Positions 1 to 11,499 of a stretch of DNA of 58,820 nt are shown piece after piece. The first letter of the stretch is position 1. Each line of letters opens with the position of its first letter. Location: assembly GCA_035559535.1 (NCBI GenBank), contig DATMBG010000043.1, forward strand, positions 124,001 through 182,820, written 5' to 3'. The translations under genes were made by a program, and so were the position numbers. A model generated the notes under the pieces. That model saw only the letters and a program-made list of their open reading frames with translations. It did not search any database and was not told the origin of the DNA. Origin of the DNA: Candidatus Limnocylindrales bacterium (GTDB lineage: Bacteria; Moduliflexota; Moduliflexia; Moduliflexales; JAUQPW01).

Positions 1-696
1 ATTTTTTAATAAATTGGCGATGATGGCTTCGGCGGTTACATCCTCCTCGGTTTCATGCCAGCAATCATAATCGGTTACCAGAGCCATAGTTGCGTAGCAA
101 ATTTCTGCTTCCCTGGCCAGCTTGGCTTCTGGAATATTGGTCATTCCGATAACATCTACTCCCCATTGCCGATATATTCTGGATTCTGCCCGGGTAGAAA
201 ACTGTGGCCCTTCAATGCAGAGATAGGTACCTCCCTGATGCATGGTGGCCCCGGCTTCTATCCCGGCCTCATATAAGATCTTGCTTAGAACCGGACATAC
301 AGGGTCTGCAAAGGCAATATGTGCCACGAACCCCTCTCCAAAAAAAGTACTAACCCGACTTTTGGTTCGATCAAAAAACTGGTCTGGAATGACAATGTCA
401 AGGGGTTTAATATCTTCCCGCATACTTCCCACGGCACTGGCCGAAAGTAACCACTCTACCCCTAATTTTTTAAAACCGTAAATATTAGCCCGAAAATTCA
501 GTTCGCTGGGAAGAATTCGATGCCCCCGTCCATGTCTTGGAAGGAAAGCAATTCGAATCCCATCCAAAGTTCCCAGAACATATTCATCCGAGGGGTTTCC
601 AAAGGGAGTATCTATCTCTACCGACTCGATATCGGTAAGTCCTTCCATTTCATATAAACCACTTCCTCCAATAACACCTATTTTGACTTCAGCCAT
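1..696 (-). CDS. mtnP: S-methyl-5'-thioadenosine phosphorylase (runs off the window start)
   Basis: Manual minus-strand translation from ATG at 696 gives [20 protein letters not shown]...DTPFGKPSD...[29 protein letters not shown], the MTAP/PNP-family motifs. It is absent from the ORF track because its stop lies outside the window. Confidence 0.93.
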   Translation of the reverse strand, partial: MAEVKIGVIGGSGLYEMEGLTDIESVEIDTPFGNPSDEYVLGTLDGIRIAFLPRHGRGHRILPSELNFRANIYGFKKLGVEWLLSASAVGSMREDIKPLDIVIPDQFFDRTKSRVSTFFGEGFVAHIAFADPVCPVLSKILYEAGIEAGATMHQGGTYLCIEGPQFSTRAESRIYRQWGVDVIGMTNIPEAKLAREAEICYATMALVTDYDCWHETEEDVTAEAIIANLLKN

Positions 697-770
697 ATTC
701 TTTTCTCCTTTTCTAAATATACCTATACTTTGCCTTTTCTCGTAAGTTATTGATTTTATGTATCCACGAA

Positions 771-923
771 GGGATAGGAAAGTATGGGGGTGTGGGAGTA
801 TGGGAGTGTGGAAGTATGGGAGTATAGGAGTATATACTTCCATACTTCCATACTTCCATACTCCCCTACCCCCCTACTCCCATACTCCCATACCTCCATA
901 CCCCCACCCTCCCATACTCCCAC
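771..923. repeat. Imperfect palindrome built of 8-nt units (GGGAGTAT ... ATACTCCC)
   Basis: Purine-rich octamer array at 771-833, then its pyrimidine-rich complement array at 834-923, between divergent mtnP and ligA. Confidence 0.85.
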
Positions 924-1028
924 TTTTTTGAGACTCTATTTAATTTAAAATGGATTGTCAAGGGTAGAGGTGAACGAATTCCACAGATAGGATTTAATTA
1001 ATTCAGGTTATAAAATTATTGACTCTGA

Positions 1029-3089
<2,061 letters not shown>

Positions 3090-3289
3090 ACTGGAAATTT
3101 GCAAGAATTTTCTTGACAGTTTCAGCAGTTTGTTTTATAGACGCACAAAATAAAATCAAAGGGATTGTTACTTAACCGATACCTGAGGAAGAGCGTCTTA
3201 CCGTTTACACATCTATCATAGTTAACCAGCCCAAATAACATAGAAGGTTTCAAGCCGAGATCTGTTGTCGGCAGAGATCCCCGTTAAAA

Positions 3290-3610
3290 GTAGTTCTGAT
3301 TTTGCCCTGTCCTGGCCAATAGATCCTGAAACAGGCTGCTGTTCAACAGAAGGCGGGAGGGAGAAAATGATGTTACCTACCGCAGGAGTTACACCTGGCA
3401 TATTCACAATCCCGCATACTGGTAAGATCATCTACCCGGTGTTAGTGTGTCAGACTTTACGGGGTACCTGGTTTACGATGGGGATGGGAAAGCAGATCTG
3501 GCGGTCTTTCGATCCTTTGAAGGAACCCGGCATATGCTGAATTCCTCCGGTGAAACCAAATCCTATTCCTGGGAAGATTCTAGCGATATACCGGTTCCCG
3601 GAGATTATTC
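3290..3610 (+). pseudogene. Eroded FG-GAP/VCBS-like repeat protein fragment
   Basis: One frame reads YDGDGKADLAVFR...LNSSG...W...DIPVPGDY, the DxDGDG/PVPGDY repeat signature. There is no intact long ORF. Confidence 0.65.
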
Positions 3611-3670
3611 TATGAGCTTTCACTTTTGAGAAGTAGTCAGGGTTTTCCCTAATTTTTGGTTTTTTTTAAC

Positions 3671-3699
3671 TTGACAAGGCTAACCCTATATGCTCTAAT
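3671..3699 (+). promoter_or_regulatory. Putative sigma70 promoter of the pil operon
   Basis: TTGACA-17 nt-TCTAAT with an extended TG at 3691-3692. Confidence 0.5.
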
Positions 3700-3872
3700 T
3701 GCAATAAGTTAAAGGGCAGTTATGATAACCCTTTAATAATCAATAACTTACATAGAATTCGCCAGACTAACCTTTCTGGTGGGTAGGTCGAGGGTAACAC
3801 CAAAAAGTTTAAATTTTAGGTTTCTAAAATGAAAACTTGAGGTTGTTGTCATCACCCTCAGGGAGTTTATCC

Positions 3873-4940
3873 ATGTTGTTCGGTTCTAAAAATAAAATCG
3901 CCGGCCTTGATATTGGAGCCAGTTCCATTAAGGCCGCTGAGTTGAATCTGAGTTCAAAAGGTGCTGAGCTTAAGAGTTTTGGGGTCGTTCCTCTACAACC
4001 GGAAGTGATTGTGGATGGAGCGATTATGGATGCAGAGGTTGTTAAAGAGTCCATCCGGCAAGTTTTTAAAGAGGCCAGGATTAGCAGCAAAAATGTAGCT
4101 ATTTCCGTTTCCGGACATTCGGTGATTGTGAAAAAAATTGTAGTCCCGGAGATGACCCCGCAAGACCTGGAGAAATCCATCGAAACAGAGGCCCAGCAAT
4201 ATATACCCTTTGACATTGGGGATGTCAATGTGGACTTTCAAATTCTAGAACGCTCGCAATCCGCTCAACCCGGAGAAATGGAAGTTCTCCTGGTTGCCGT
4301 CAAGAAGGAAAAAGTCAATGAGCATATCAACCTGGTCCGGGAAGCCGGTTTAAATCCGGTCATCATTGATGTAGATGCCTTTGCCTTTGAAAATGCCTTT
4401 GAACTCAACTATGAAGTGGAGCCTGGCTCGGTAGCCCTGATCGATATTGGTGCCAGTACTATGAAAATCAACATTATGCAGGATGGGGCTTCCACCTTTG
4501 TACGGGACATCTCGGTAGGTGGGAATCAGTATACCGAAGCCTTACAGAAGGAATTTAATGTGAACTATGAAACCGCCGAAAAAATGAAGAGAAACCAGTT
4601 ACCCGATAATATTAGCCCGGACAGTGTCTTTTCGGTTATCAATGCGGTTTCGGAGGATATCGTCGTGGAAGTTCAACGGTCTTTTGATTTCTTTAGGGCT
4701 TCGGCACCCGATGTCAATATTAACAAAGTCGTCCTGGGTGGGGGTTGTTCGTTGATCGAGAATATCGATAAATTTTTTGAGGAAAAATTAGGTATTCCGG
4801 TAGAAAAGATTAATCCGTTCCGGAATATAAAGGTTAATCAGAAAAAGTTTGACATGGAGTACATGGAAAGTATTGCTCCCAGGGCATCGGTAGTTGTAGG
4901 CCTAGGATTAAGGAGGGTGGGTGACAAATGGTCAAAATAA
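3873..4940 (+). CDS. pilM: Type IV pilus assembly protein PilM
   Basis: Actin-like GLDIGASSIK and LIDIGAS motifs, AQQYIPF. First gene of pilMNOPQ. ATG at 3873 follows GGGAG. Confidence 0.96.
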   Translation: MLFGSKNKIAGLDIGASSIKAAELNLSSKGAELKSFGVVPLQPEVIVDGAIMDAEVVKESIRQVFKEARISSKNVAISVSGHSVIVKKIVVPEMTPQDLEKSIETEAQQYIPFDIGDVNVDFQILERSQSAQPGEMEVLLVAVKKEKVNEHINLVREAGLNPVIIDVDAFAFENAFELNYEVEPGSVALIDIGASTMKINIMQDGASTFVRDISVGGNQYTEALQKEFNVNYETAEKMKRNQLPDNISPDSVFSVINAVSEDIVVEVQRSFDFFRASAPDVNINKVVLGGGCSLIENIDKFFEEKLGIPVEKINPFRNIKVNQKKFDMEYMESIAPRASVVVGLGLRRVGDKWSK

Positions 4941-5497
4941 ATTTATTACCTAAAGAAGATCAAAAACGAACCGGAGCTCTCGGGCAGCTTGTTCTATTTA
5001 TTTTCATTGGGATCCTTTCTGTTTTAGCATTTGTAGGAGGATGGATCTATCTCGGTAATCAGATTGATAGTCTAAAGAAGGATATTCGGAGATTGGAGGC
5101 CCGACTCGAGGAACTTAAGCCCAAAATCGCGGAGATCGAGAAATTTAAGGCGGATAAGAAAGATTTGGAAGGGAAACGCGAAGCCATCCTTAAACTGGAA
5201 AAGGATCAAAAGGTTCCGGTTCGACTTTTAGATGAAATTTATAAAACCCTTGAGAAAGAAGAAGTATGGCTGACGGCTTTTAATAAGGCCGGAGACAAAC
5301 TCAGCATATCCGGTGTAGCCCTTTCTAACCCGGCTATTTCTAATTACTTACGTAAACTAGAGGAGTCTCCTTATATAAAAAATGTAGAGTTAATTATCAG
5401 TACCGAAAGTAAAATGTTTGATCGGACGGTAAGGAATTTCCAGATTAGTTGCGAACTCGAGAGTCCGGGTGAGACCAAAGAGGCCAAAGCCAAATAG
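4928..5497 (+). CDS. pilN: Type IV pilus assembly protein PilN
   Basis: N-terminal INLLP motif, one TM helix, coiled coil. Operon position. Confidence 0.94.
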   Translation: MVKINLLPKEDQKRTGALGQLVLFIFIGILSVLAFVGGWIYLGNQIDSLKKDIRRLEARLEELKPKIAEIEKFKADKKDLEGKREAILKLEKDQKVPVRLLDEIYKTLEKEEVWLTAFNKAGDKLSISGVALSNPAISNYLRKLEESPYIKNVELIISTESKMFDRTVRNFQISCELESPGETKEAKAK

Positions 5498-5515
5498 AGG
5501 TTCAGGAGGCAAGTT

Positions 5516-6079
5516 ATGGCAGGAACTTTGGATAAATTTGCAGAAATCCCCAATAACTACAAATACATAGGTCTGATAGCCTTTGTGGCCATTTTAGGAG
5601 GCGTTTTCTGGTACTTTATTTATGATCCTTCGATGCAACAAATAAAAAGATTGCAGAACGAGCGGAAAGAGAAAAGTGCCAAGGTGGCAGAGGCCGAAGA
5701 AATTGTCAAGAACTACGATAAGTTTAAACAGGAAAAAGAGAAAGTGGAGGCTGAACTCAATGAGGCGCTTAAAAAACTTCCGAAAGGGCGAGAAATTCCC
5801 TCTCTATTGGAGAAAATCAACGAGTCGGTTATAACGGCTGGATTAAACATTTCCACCTTTCAACCCGGGGCCTTGAGCGATAAAGGGCTTTACAGTGAAT
5901 TTCCTGTTAATATTACCATGACCGGTGGATATCACGAGTTTGCCCGCTTTACAGATACGGTCAGTAAACTGGATCGGATTGTAACGATTGGTACTATTAA
6001 TATGACGCCCATTAAAACCCCGACCGGTGAGGATAGTTTATCTATTGTTGCTCAGGCTATGACCTATACTTCTAAGTGA
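5516..6079 (+). CDS. pilO: Type IV pilus assembly protein PilO
   Basis: TM helix and coiled coil, LPKGREIPSLL, GGYHEFARF...LDRIV. Operon position. Confidence 0.94.
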   Translation: MAGTLDKFAEIPNNYKYIGLIAFVAILGGVFWYFIYDPSMQQIKRLQNERKEKSAKVAEAEEIVKNYDKFKQEKEKVEAELNEALKKLPKGREIPSLLEKINESVITAGLNISTFQPGALSDKGLYSEFPVNITMTGGYHEFARFTDTVSKLDRIVTIGTINMTPIKTPTGEDSLSIVAQAMTYTSK

Positions 6080-6285
6080 TATTTAAGTTTCTGAATAGGC
6101 TTCCAAAGACCCGGTAAGAAAAGTGCTTGAAAGTCCCCGGGTGACTTTGGGCAGAAAAGTTTATTGAAGGCTTTGAACAAGGGCTGGTGGAAAATGATAT
6201 TTACGGGATTTTCAAATCCTGGAGATATTCCAAAAAGGATTGTTTTTATCGCCGGTTCCTGTTCATAAGCTGGGAGCAGTTGGTT

Positions 6286-6831
6286 ATGATTAAGCAACGT
6301 GTCTGTGGTTTATTACTTCTGGCTATGGTTGGTTTAATGGGTTGCAATGAAGAACCGTTGGAATCTGAACAGCCTGTTAATCCACCGAAAAAGAAGGAGG
6401 TGGCTCAGGAAGAAAATAAAGATGTGAAACCCACGCCAGCAGAGCAGGAAGTAGCCTTTACGTATAATGCTGAAAATCGCCGCAATCCTTTTAAACCTTT
6501 AATCAGTCCAAAAATTGAACCCAAAGAGGTCGTGGCAGTCTCCCGTCCCCAGGCTGTTCTTACTCCTTTGGAGCGGTATGATACCCATGAATATAAGTTG
6601 GTGGGTGTAATTGCTGGACGTGGTGGAGATTATGCTATGGTGGAATCTCCCGATGGCAAAACCTATAACTTTAAGGTCGGAACCCGTATAGGTAAGAGAG
6701 AGGGTGTGGTTCAAAAGATAACAGACGGTGAGGTTGTAATCAAAGAGATTATTCGCTATGATACGGGTGATACCAAAGAAGTCGAAACCACCCTGTCTCT
6801 GAACAAACCTAATGAACAAGGAGCCCGATAA
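6286..6831 (+). CDS. pilP: Type IV pilus assembly lipoprotein PilP
   Basis: Lipobox LMGC, RRNPFKP, PLERY...YKLVGVI. The stop overlaps the pilQ start. Confidence 0.92.
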   Translation: MIKQRVCGLLLLAMVGLMGCNEEPLESEQPVNPPKKKEVAQEENKDVKPTPAEQEVAFTYNAENRRNPFKPLISPKIEPKEVVAVSRPQAVLTPLERYDTHEYKLVGVIAGRGGDYAMVESPDGKTYNFKVGTRIGKREGVVQKITDGEVVIKEIIRYDTGDTKEVETTLSLNKPNEQGAR

Positions 6832-9329
6832 TGAGCAATTATCCCCTAAGGTGTGTCTCATCTATCTTTTTTGTCTCTGTTGTTCTATGGATTTTAAGCG
6901 GTTGTGGTGGGCCTAAGGAGACTATTAAAACTCCGAAGGCTGTCTCGGAGGGAGAAGTTCCCGGGTCTGTGAAAATAACCCATATCAGTAGTGAAGCTCT
7001 TGAAGGAAAGGTTCGGGTAACAATTGAATCTTCCGATAATCTAAGTTATACGGCTTTCACCCTGAGCGATCCTTTACGACTGGTTCTTGATCTACCCAAT
7101 GCGCAATTGAAATTTAAAGAGCCTATTGCGGTAAATAAAGGAGCGGTCCTCAGCATTAATCCCATTCAACTTCCTAAAGAAGGTAGCCGGATCAACTCCC
7201 GGATAGAAATCGAACTCTCTAAACAGGTACGTTACCAGGTATTTCCCGATCAGAATAAGTTATATGTGGACTTACAAGATGGTATCGAAGAGGTTGCGGC
7301 ACGTCCATCCGAAGAAGTCGTACAACTTCCTGAAGCGCCGCCCCCCCAGGAGGCTCCCGCAGAGGTAGCGCCTGCGGCTCCCGAGACCGAACCTCCCAAA
7401 GGTCAACCTGTTGAAGTCGAGCCCTCCCAAGGCAAGCCGGCTGAAACAGAACCTAAGGCTGCCAAGCCGGCTGAAACAGAACCCAAGGCCGCTCCGGCGA
7501 TTATGTCGAAACCCTCTGCTCCGGAAGTTAAGTTGTCTACCATTAAGGAGGTTGAAGTCTCTCAACTCCCCAAGGAAACCCGAGTTACTATTACCTCCGA
7601 TACTTTACCGGAATATGAGGTAAAAAAGGAGTCTGAGCCTCCTCGTATTGTTTTAGACTTGAAAAAAAGTAAAATCGTTCCGGAAGCCCAGAAGATTACA
7701 GATGTCCACTTAACGCCCAGCGTCCTCAAGCGAATCTCCTCTTTTCAGCTAAAACGGAGTCCGGAAGGAGCCGATAATCTCGTTCGGGTTATTCTCAACC
7801 TTACTCAGGCCGTGGATCCTCAGATCAAAACCGAGGATGGCAAAATTATTATAGATATGGCCCATCCCACTCAAGTTGCTGAGGCTCCTTCAACCGCTAA
7901 ACCTGAAGGGGAAAAAGTTGAAGAACTCGAAGCCCCTGCTTCAGAGTTGCCTGCCGCTCAGGCTCCCTCTATTCGAACTCCCCAAACAACTGAAGAGGCC
8001 AAATACCGGGGCCAACCTATTACGTTGGATTTCAAAGATGCAGACATTCGGGATGTATTGCGTATTATTGCCGAGATCAATGATTTTAATCTGGTTTTAC
8101 ATCCCGAAGTCAGCGGTCGTGTAACCGTCAGGCTGATCAACGTTCCTTGGGATCAGGCCCTGGATATTATCCTTAAGCTGAATAATCTGGCCGTTGAGAT
8201 AGAAGGCAATATCATGCGGGTGGGATCCAGCACTTCCTTCCAAAGGGAAATTGAAGCCAAACGCCTGGAACAAGAACAACGACTGGCGGCCCTTGAAACT
8301 CAGAAAAAACTGGAGCCTTTGCGAACCGAGATTATTACCCTCAACTTTGCAGATCCTGCTCAAATTGTTACCGTTATAGAAGGGGTGATTGCAGGTCGTC
8401 GAGAAGGGCAACCGGCAGGTCCTCGCAGAGGAACCATTACCGTAGATGCCAGAACGAAAACTCTCATCGTTCAAGACACCGAAGAAAATATCCGACTCAT
8501 CCGGGAGTTGGTGGCCAAATTGGATAAGCGAACCCCGCAGATTCTCATCGAAGCCCGCATTGTTACGGTCAGTAAACAATTCAGTAAATCCCTGGGAATC
8601 AACTGGGCCGGTTCCTTTAATGCCGATGCTGCCCACGGTAATACAACGGGATTTCGATTCCCCAACTCCATTAACGGTAACTTTGCCGTCAACCTCCCAC
8701 TGGGGGCGAGTGTGGGGTCAACGGGAATCCGGCTGGGAAGTATTGATGATGTATTTTCTCTGGATTTGAATCTGGCCGCTGCCGAAACCGAGGGACTGGC
8801 TACTATCCTGTCTCAACCGAAGGTGGTTACCGTGGATAATAAAGCAGCCTCTATCCAGACCGGCGTGACCTTTACCCTGGCAACCACGATCCTGGTTAAT
8901 AACACAACCCAGACCACCCTCCAGCAAGTTAATGCCACGCTTTCTTTAAACGTCACTCCCAGGGTTTCAGCCGATGGGCATATCCTCATGACGGTTAGTG
9001 CCCAGAATAATTCGCCTGATTTTGCCTCTCCCATTACAACCGCCGGAGGGGTTCCACCGATCAATACTCAAAGCGTTAATACCGAGGTTCTGGTTAAAGA
9101 TGGAGAGACGGTGGTTTTGGGTGGGATTTTGCAAACCGACTCCAGAAGGAATCTTACAGCAGTACCTTATCTTTATAAGATCCCTGTAATAGGAAGAGTT
9201 TTCAGATCTACTATTCCGGATAGCAAAAATCAAACTGAATTACTTATCTTCATAACCCCGAAACTTTTAAACGCCGCTACCGTTGAACAAAGCGAAGCAG
9301 GGAATATTAGACAACTATCCGCTCAGTGA
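6831..9329 (+). CDS. pilQ: Type IV pilus secretin PilQ with N-terminal AMIN-like domains
   Basis: Lipobox LSGC, AMIN-like P(L/P)R(L/I)VLDL segments, ITLDFKDADIRDVL, VPWDQALDIIL and a secretin C-terminus (VKDGETVVLGG...ELLIFITP). Confidence 0.97.
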   Translation: MSNYPLRCVSSIFFVSVVLWILSGCGGPKETIKTPKAVSEGEVPGSVKITHISSEALEGKVRVTIESSDNLSYTAFTLSDPLRLVLDLPNAQLKFKEPIAVNKGAVLSINPIQLPKEGSRINSRIEIELSKQVRYQVFPDQNKLYVDLQDGIEEVAARPSEEVVQLPEAPPPQEAPAEVAPAAPETEPPKGQPVEVEPSQGKPAETEPKAAKPAETEPKAAPAIMSKPSAPEVKLSTIKEVEVSQLPKETRVTITSDTLPEYEVKKESEPPRIVLDLKKSKIVPEAQKITDVHLTPSVLKRISSFQLKRSPEGADNLVRVILNLTQAVDPQIKTEDGKIIIDMAHPTQVAEAPSTAKPEGEKVEELEAPASELPAAQAPSIRTPQTTEEAKYRGQPITLDFKDADIRDVLRIIAEINDFNLVLHPEVSGRVTVRLINVPWDQALDIILKLNNLAVEIEGNIMRVGSSTSFQREIEAKRLEQEQRLAALETQKKLEPLRTEIITLNFADPAQIVTVIEGVIAGRREGQPAGPRRGTITVDARTKTLIVQDTEENIRLIRELVAKLDKRTPQILIEARIVTVSKQFSKSLGINWAGSFNADAAHGNTTGFRFPNSINGNFAVNLPLGASVGSTGIRLGSIDDVFSLDLNLAAAETEGLATILSQPKVVTVDNKAASIQTGVTFTLATTILVNNTTQTTLQQVNATLSLNVTPRVSADGHILMTVSAQNNSPDFASPITTAGGVPPINTQSVNTEVLVKDGETVVLGGILQTDSRRNLTAVPYLYKIPVIGRVFRSTIPDSKNQTELLIFITPKLLNAATVEQSEAGNIRQLSAQ
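7434..7493 (+). repeat. 30-nt in-frame tandem duplication in the pilQ linker (KPAETEPKAA x2)
   Basis: aagccggctgaaacagaacctaaggctgcc followed by aagccggctgaaacagaacccaaggccgct. Confidence 0.9.
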
Positions 9330-9408
9330 AGTACAAAAATGGGGTATGTGGGTGGAGGATGGGGAATGGAGAAGTGGGTGTTCTGCATTCCTCATTCCCC
9401 GATATCTG

Positions 9409-9975
9409 ATGGGCAAGATAAGTTGCAGTTCTGTAAGAATTTTTGTACTGATTACGGTAAGTTTGACTCTCCTGAATTCCTGTGGGGAGCCCTTTGGAGG
9501 TAATGGTAATTCACAAGTATTCCTGACCCTGACGGTCGGCTCGGGAAATCCGGTTAACATTGTGTCAGATGTCTTTGATCCCTCGGTTCCCGGTAACGTA
9601 ACCGATGATTTTGCCGACTTTGAGATTACTTCGGTTCCTAAAAATAGCCGGGCGACCTCTCCTGCTTCCGACGTTATTTTAAATCAGCAAAATGTTACCT
9701 ACTTTCGACCGGATGGCAATCCAGAGGTTCCGGCTCCATTTACCCGTTTTATTGGAAATATACTCGTTCCGGCAGGTGGAACGGTGACTCAAAATTTGTT
9801 GGTCCTGCCGGCTTCAGCTAAGTTAAAACCGCCTTTGAGTGACCTGGCTTTTGGGGGGGGCGAAGGCCAAATTTTTCTCACAGCCGTCATAGAACTCTTC
9901 GGTGAAGATCTGGCAGGTAACCCGGTATCGGTCAAAGGCACAATGGGAATAACTGCCAGGGATGTTTTCCCATAA
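9409..9975 (+). CDS. Hypothetical lipoprotein, beta-rich
   Basis: Hydrophobic signal ending LNSC when started at ATG 9409. Directly downstream of pilQ. Confidence 0.75.
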   Translation: MGKISCSSVRIFVLITVSLTLLNSCGEPFGGNGNSQVFLTLTVGSGNPVNIVSDVFDPSVPGNVTDDFADFEITSVPKNSRATSPASDVILNQQNVTYFRPDGNPEVPAPFTRFIGNILVPAGGTVTQNLLVLPASAKLKPPLSDLAFGGGEGQIFLTAVIELFGEDLAGNPVSVKGTMGITARDVFP

Positions 9976-9993
9976 TTAACTAAGGGGGGAGCC

Positions 9994-11256
9994 ATGAAGC
10001 CACATACTCTTGCGGTTTCTTTAGTAGGACTGTTGGGTTTTATTTTTGTGTTGTTTTCTGGGTGTGGAAAGCTTGAAGATCCGGAAAGGGCTGAACCGGT
10101 GGGTTCTTCGGGTGGAGGGATTCCGTTGCCTATCGGCCCCAGATCCCAGATTGGAACCTTCTCCTTAGAAGCCAATGCAACCCCATCTTCCGCACCTGCA
10201 GATGGAATTACTTCCATTTTAATCGTTGCAGCGCTCATCGATACCTCGGGAAGGCCGGTAAGTGGATTCGATATTTTCTTTCGATCTGAATTAGGCTCTT
10301 TCTCCGCATCCCCTTCACCTCCTTTAGGAAGTGTAACCACTACAACCCCGGGGGAAGGACGTGCCGTTACCGATGCCAACGGAAAAGCCTCTATCTTTCT
10401 GGTAAGTACCCAGCCCGGAAGTTCTCCCGTCACGGCCATAGCCGATATTAACCGGAACGGCTCGGTAGATACCTTCGGAGATCTATTTGCCACAACCTTT
10501 GTGGAATTCACGGCAGCTCCCGGTGCCCCAGGTCCAGGTGTGGCCGGTATCGTCCTTACCGCAGATCCCGTTTTTCAAACCGTCGAATTCACAGGCACCA
10601 CACCTCCTGAACCAGAGCCTGTGACCATCCTGGCAACAGTTTTTGATGAACTGGGTCAGAGAGCCGGTGCAGGAGTTACGGTGGAATTCTCCACCTCCTT
10701 TGGAGCCATTACACCCTTTAGTACCACCAATGAATCCGGTCAGGCCACCGCAACCCTGGTAATTCCTCCCATTACCAGTAGCACAGATATCGTGGTCACA
10801 GCAAGTACGGTCATCAACGGAAGAACCTTTACAAGTAGGGTTACGGTAAGTGTCGAAGTAACCGGACCCGGGACGTTTACACCTACGCCTTTTCCAGTAG
10901 CTCAAGCAATAGATCTGGAAATAAGTTCAAACATATTATCTCCAGGCAGTACATTTACCTTAACTGCCACGGTTACAGATGCAGCGGGTCGCCCAGTTCC
11001 TAACACAAGTGTAACTTTCAAAAGCAGTTCTGCAACATGTAGATTTTCAACTTCTCCAACTTTACCCCTAACAAGAGTAACCAATCAATCGGGCGTAGCA
11101 ACCAGTCCGTTTATTAGTATCAATGCTCCTTCAGGCTGTGAGATTACATTTATTGCGAGCTCTCCAGGTATCCCAGCCAGTAATACGGTAACCCTTCTTA
11201 TACAACAACCAACTCCGACACCGGGTCCATCACCTACGGCAACTCCAACACCCTAA
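9994..11256 (+). CDS. Lipoprotein with about three Big_1/invasin-like Ig domains and a Pro/Thr tail
   Basis: Lipobox FSGC. Repeated ADG.../A(T)V-D..G.PV...V.F.S...T(D/N)..G.A Big_1 pattern. GGGGGAG RBS. Confidence 0.8.
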   Translation: MKPHTLAVSLVGLLGFIFVLFSGCGKLEDPERAEPVGSSGGGIPLPIGPRSQIGTFSLEANATPSSAPADGITSILIVAALIDTSGRPVSGFDIFFRSELGSFSASPSPPLGSVTTTTPGEGRAVTDANGKASIFLVSTQPGSSPVTAIADINRNGSVDTFGDLFATTFVEFTAAPGAPGPGVAGIVLTADPVFQTVEFTGTTPPEPEPVTILATVFDELGQRAGAGVTVEFSTSFGAITPFSTTNESGQATATLVIPPITSSTDIVVTASTVINGRTFTSRVTVSVEVTGPGTFTPTPFPVAQAIDLEISSNILSPGSTFTLTATVTDAAGRPVPNTSVTFKSSSATCRFSTSPTLPLTRVTNQSGVATSPFISINAPSGCEITFIASSPGIPASNTVTLLIQQPTPTPGPSPTATPTP

Positions 11257-11287
11257 GAGAAGTAAGATAGCTTAGGGGAAGCAAATC

Positions 11288-11314
11288 ATAGGGCAGTTAT
11301 TCTAACTGCCCTAT
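11288..11314 (+). terminator. Hairpin after the pil/Ig-lipoprotein operon
   Basis: Perfect 12-bp inverted repeat ATAGGGCAGTTA-TTC-TAACTGCCCTAT. The U-tract is weak. Confidence 0.55.
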
Positions 11315-11499
11315 TCCCACTTTTGAAGCGAGAGGTCTACAAAACAATGATGATAAAACTTTTTAGTTGACTTTAGAGAATAAAAGGGTTTATCCTTTTA
11401 ATTAGTTATCTGAGGAGAAGAACTTCCTCCAGTTACTTGGATCAGTATGAGGGGTTCTTTAAAGTATTGTCTTTAAATATTAGTAAATTGTAAGTGCCT

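Noticed and set aside
55-481. Two plus-strand ORFs (73 and 79 aa)
   Set aside because: They are antisense shadows of mtnP, which has clear family motifs on the minus strand.
771-923. Possible CRISPR array
   Set aside because: The units are 8 nt with no unique spacers, and no cas genes are in the window.
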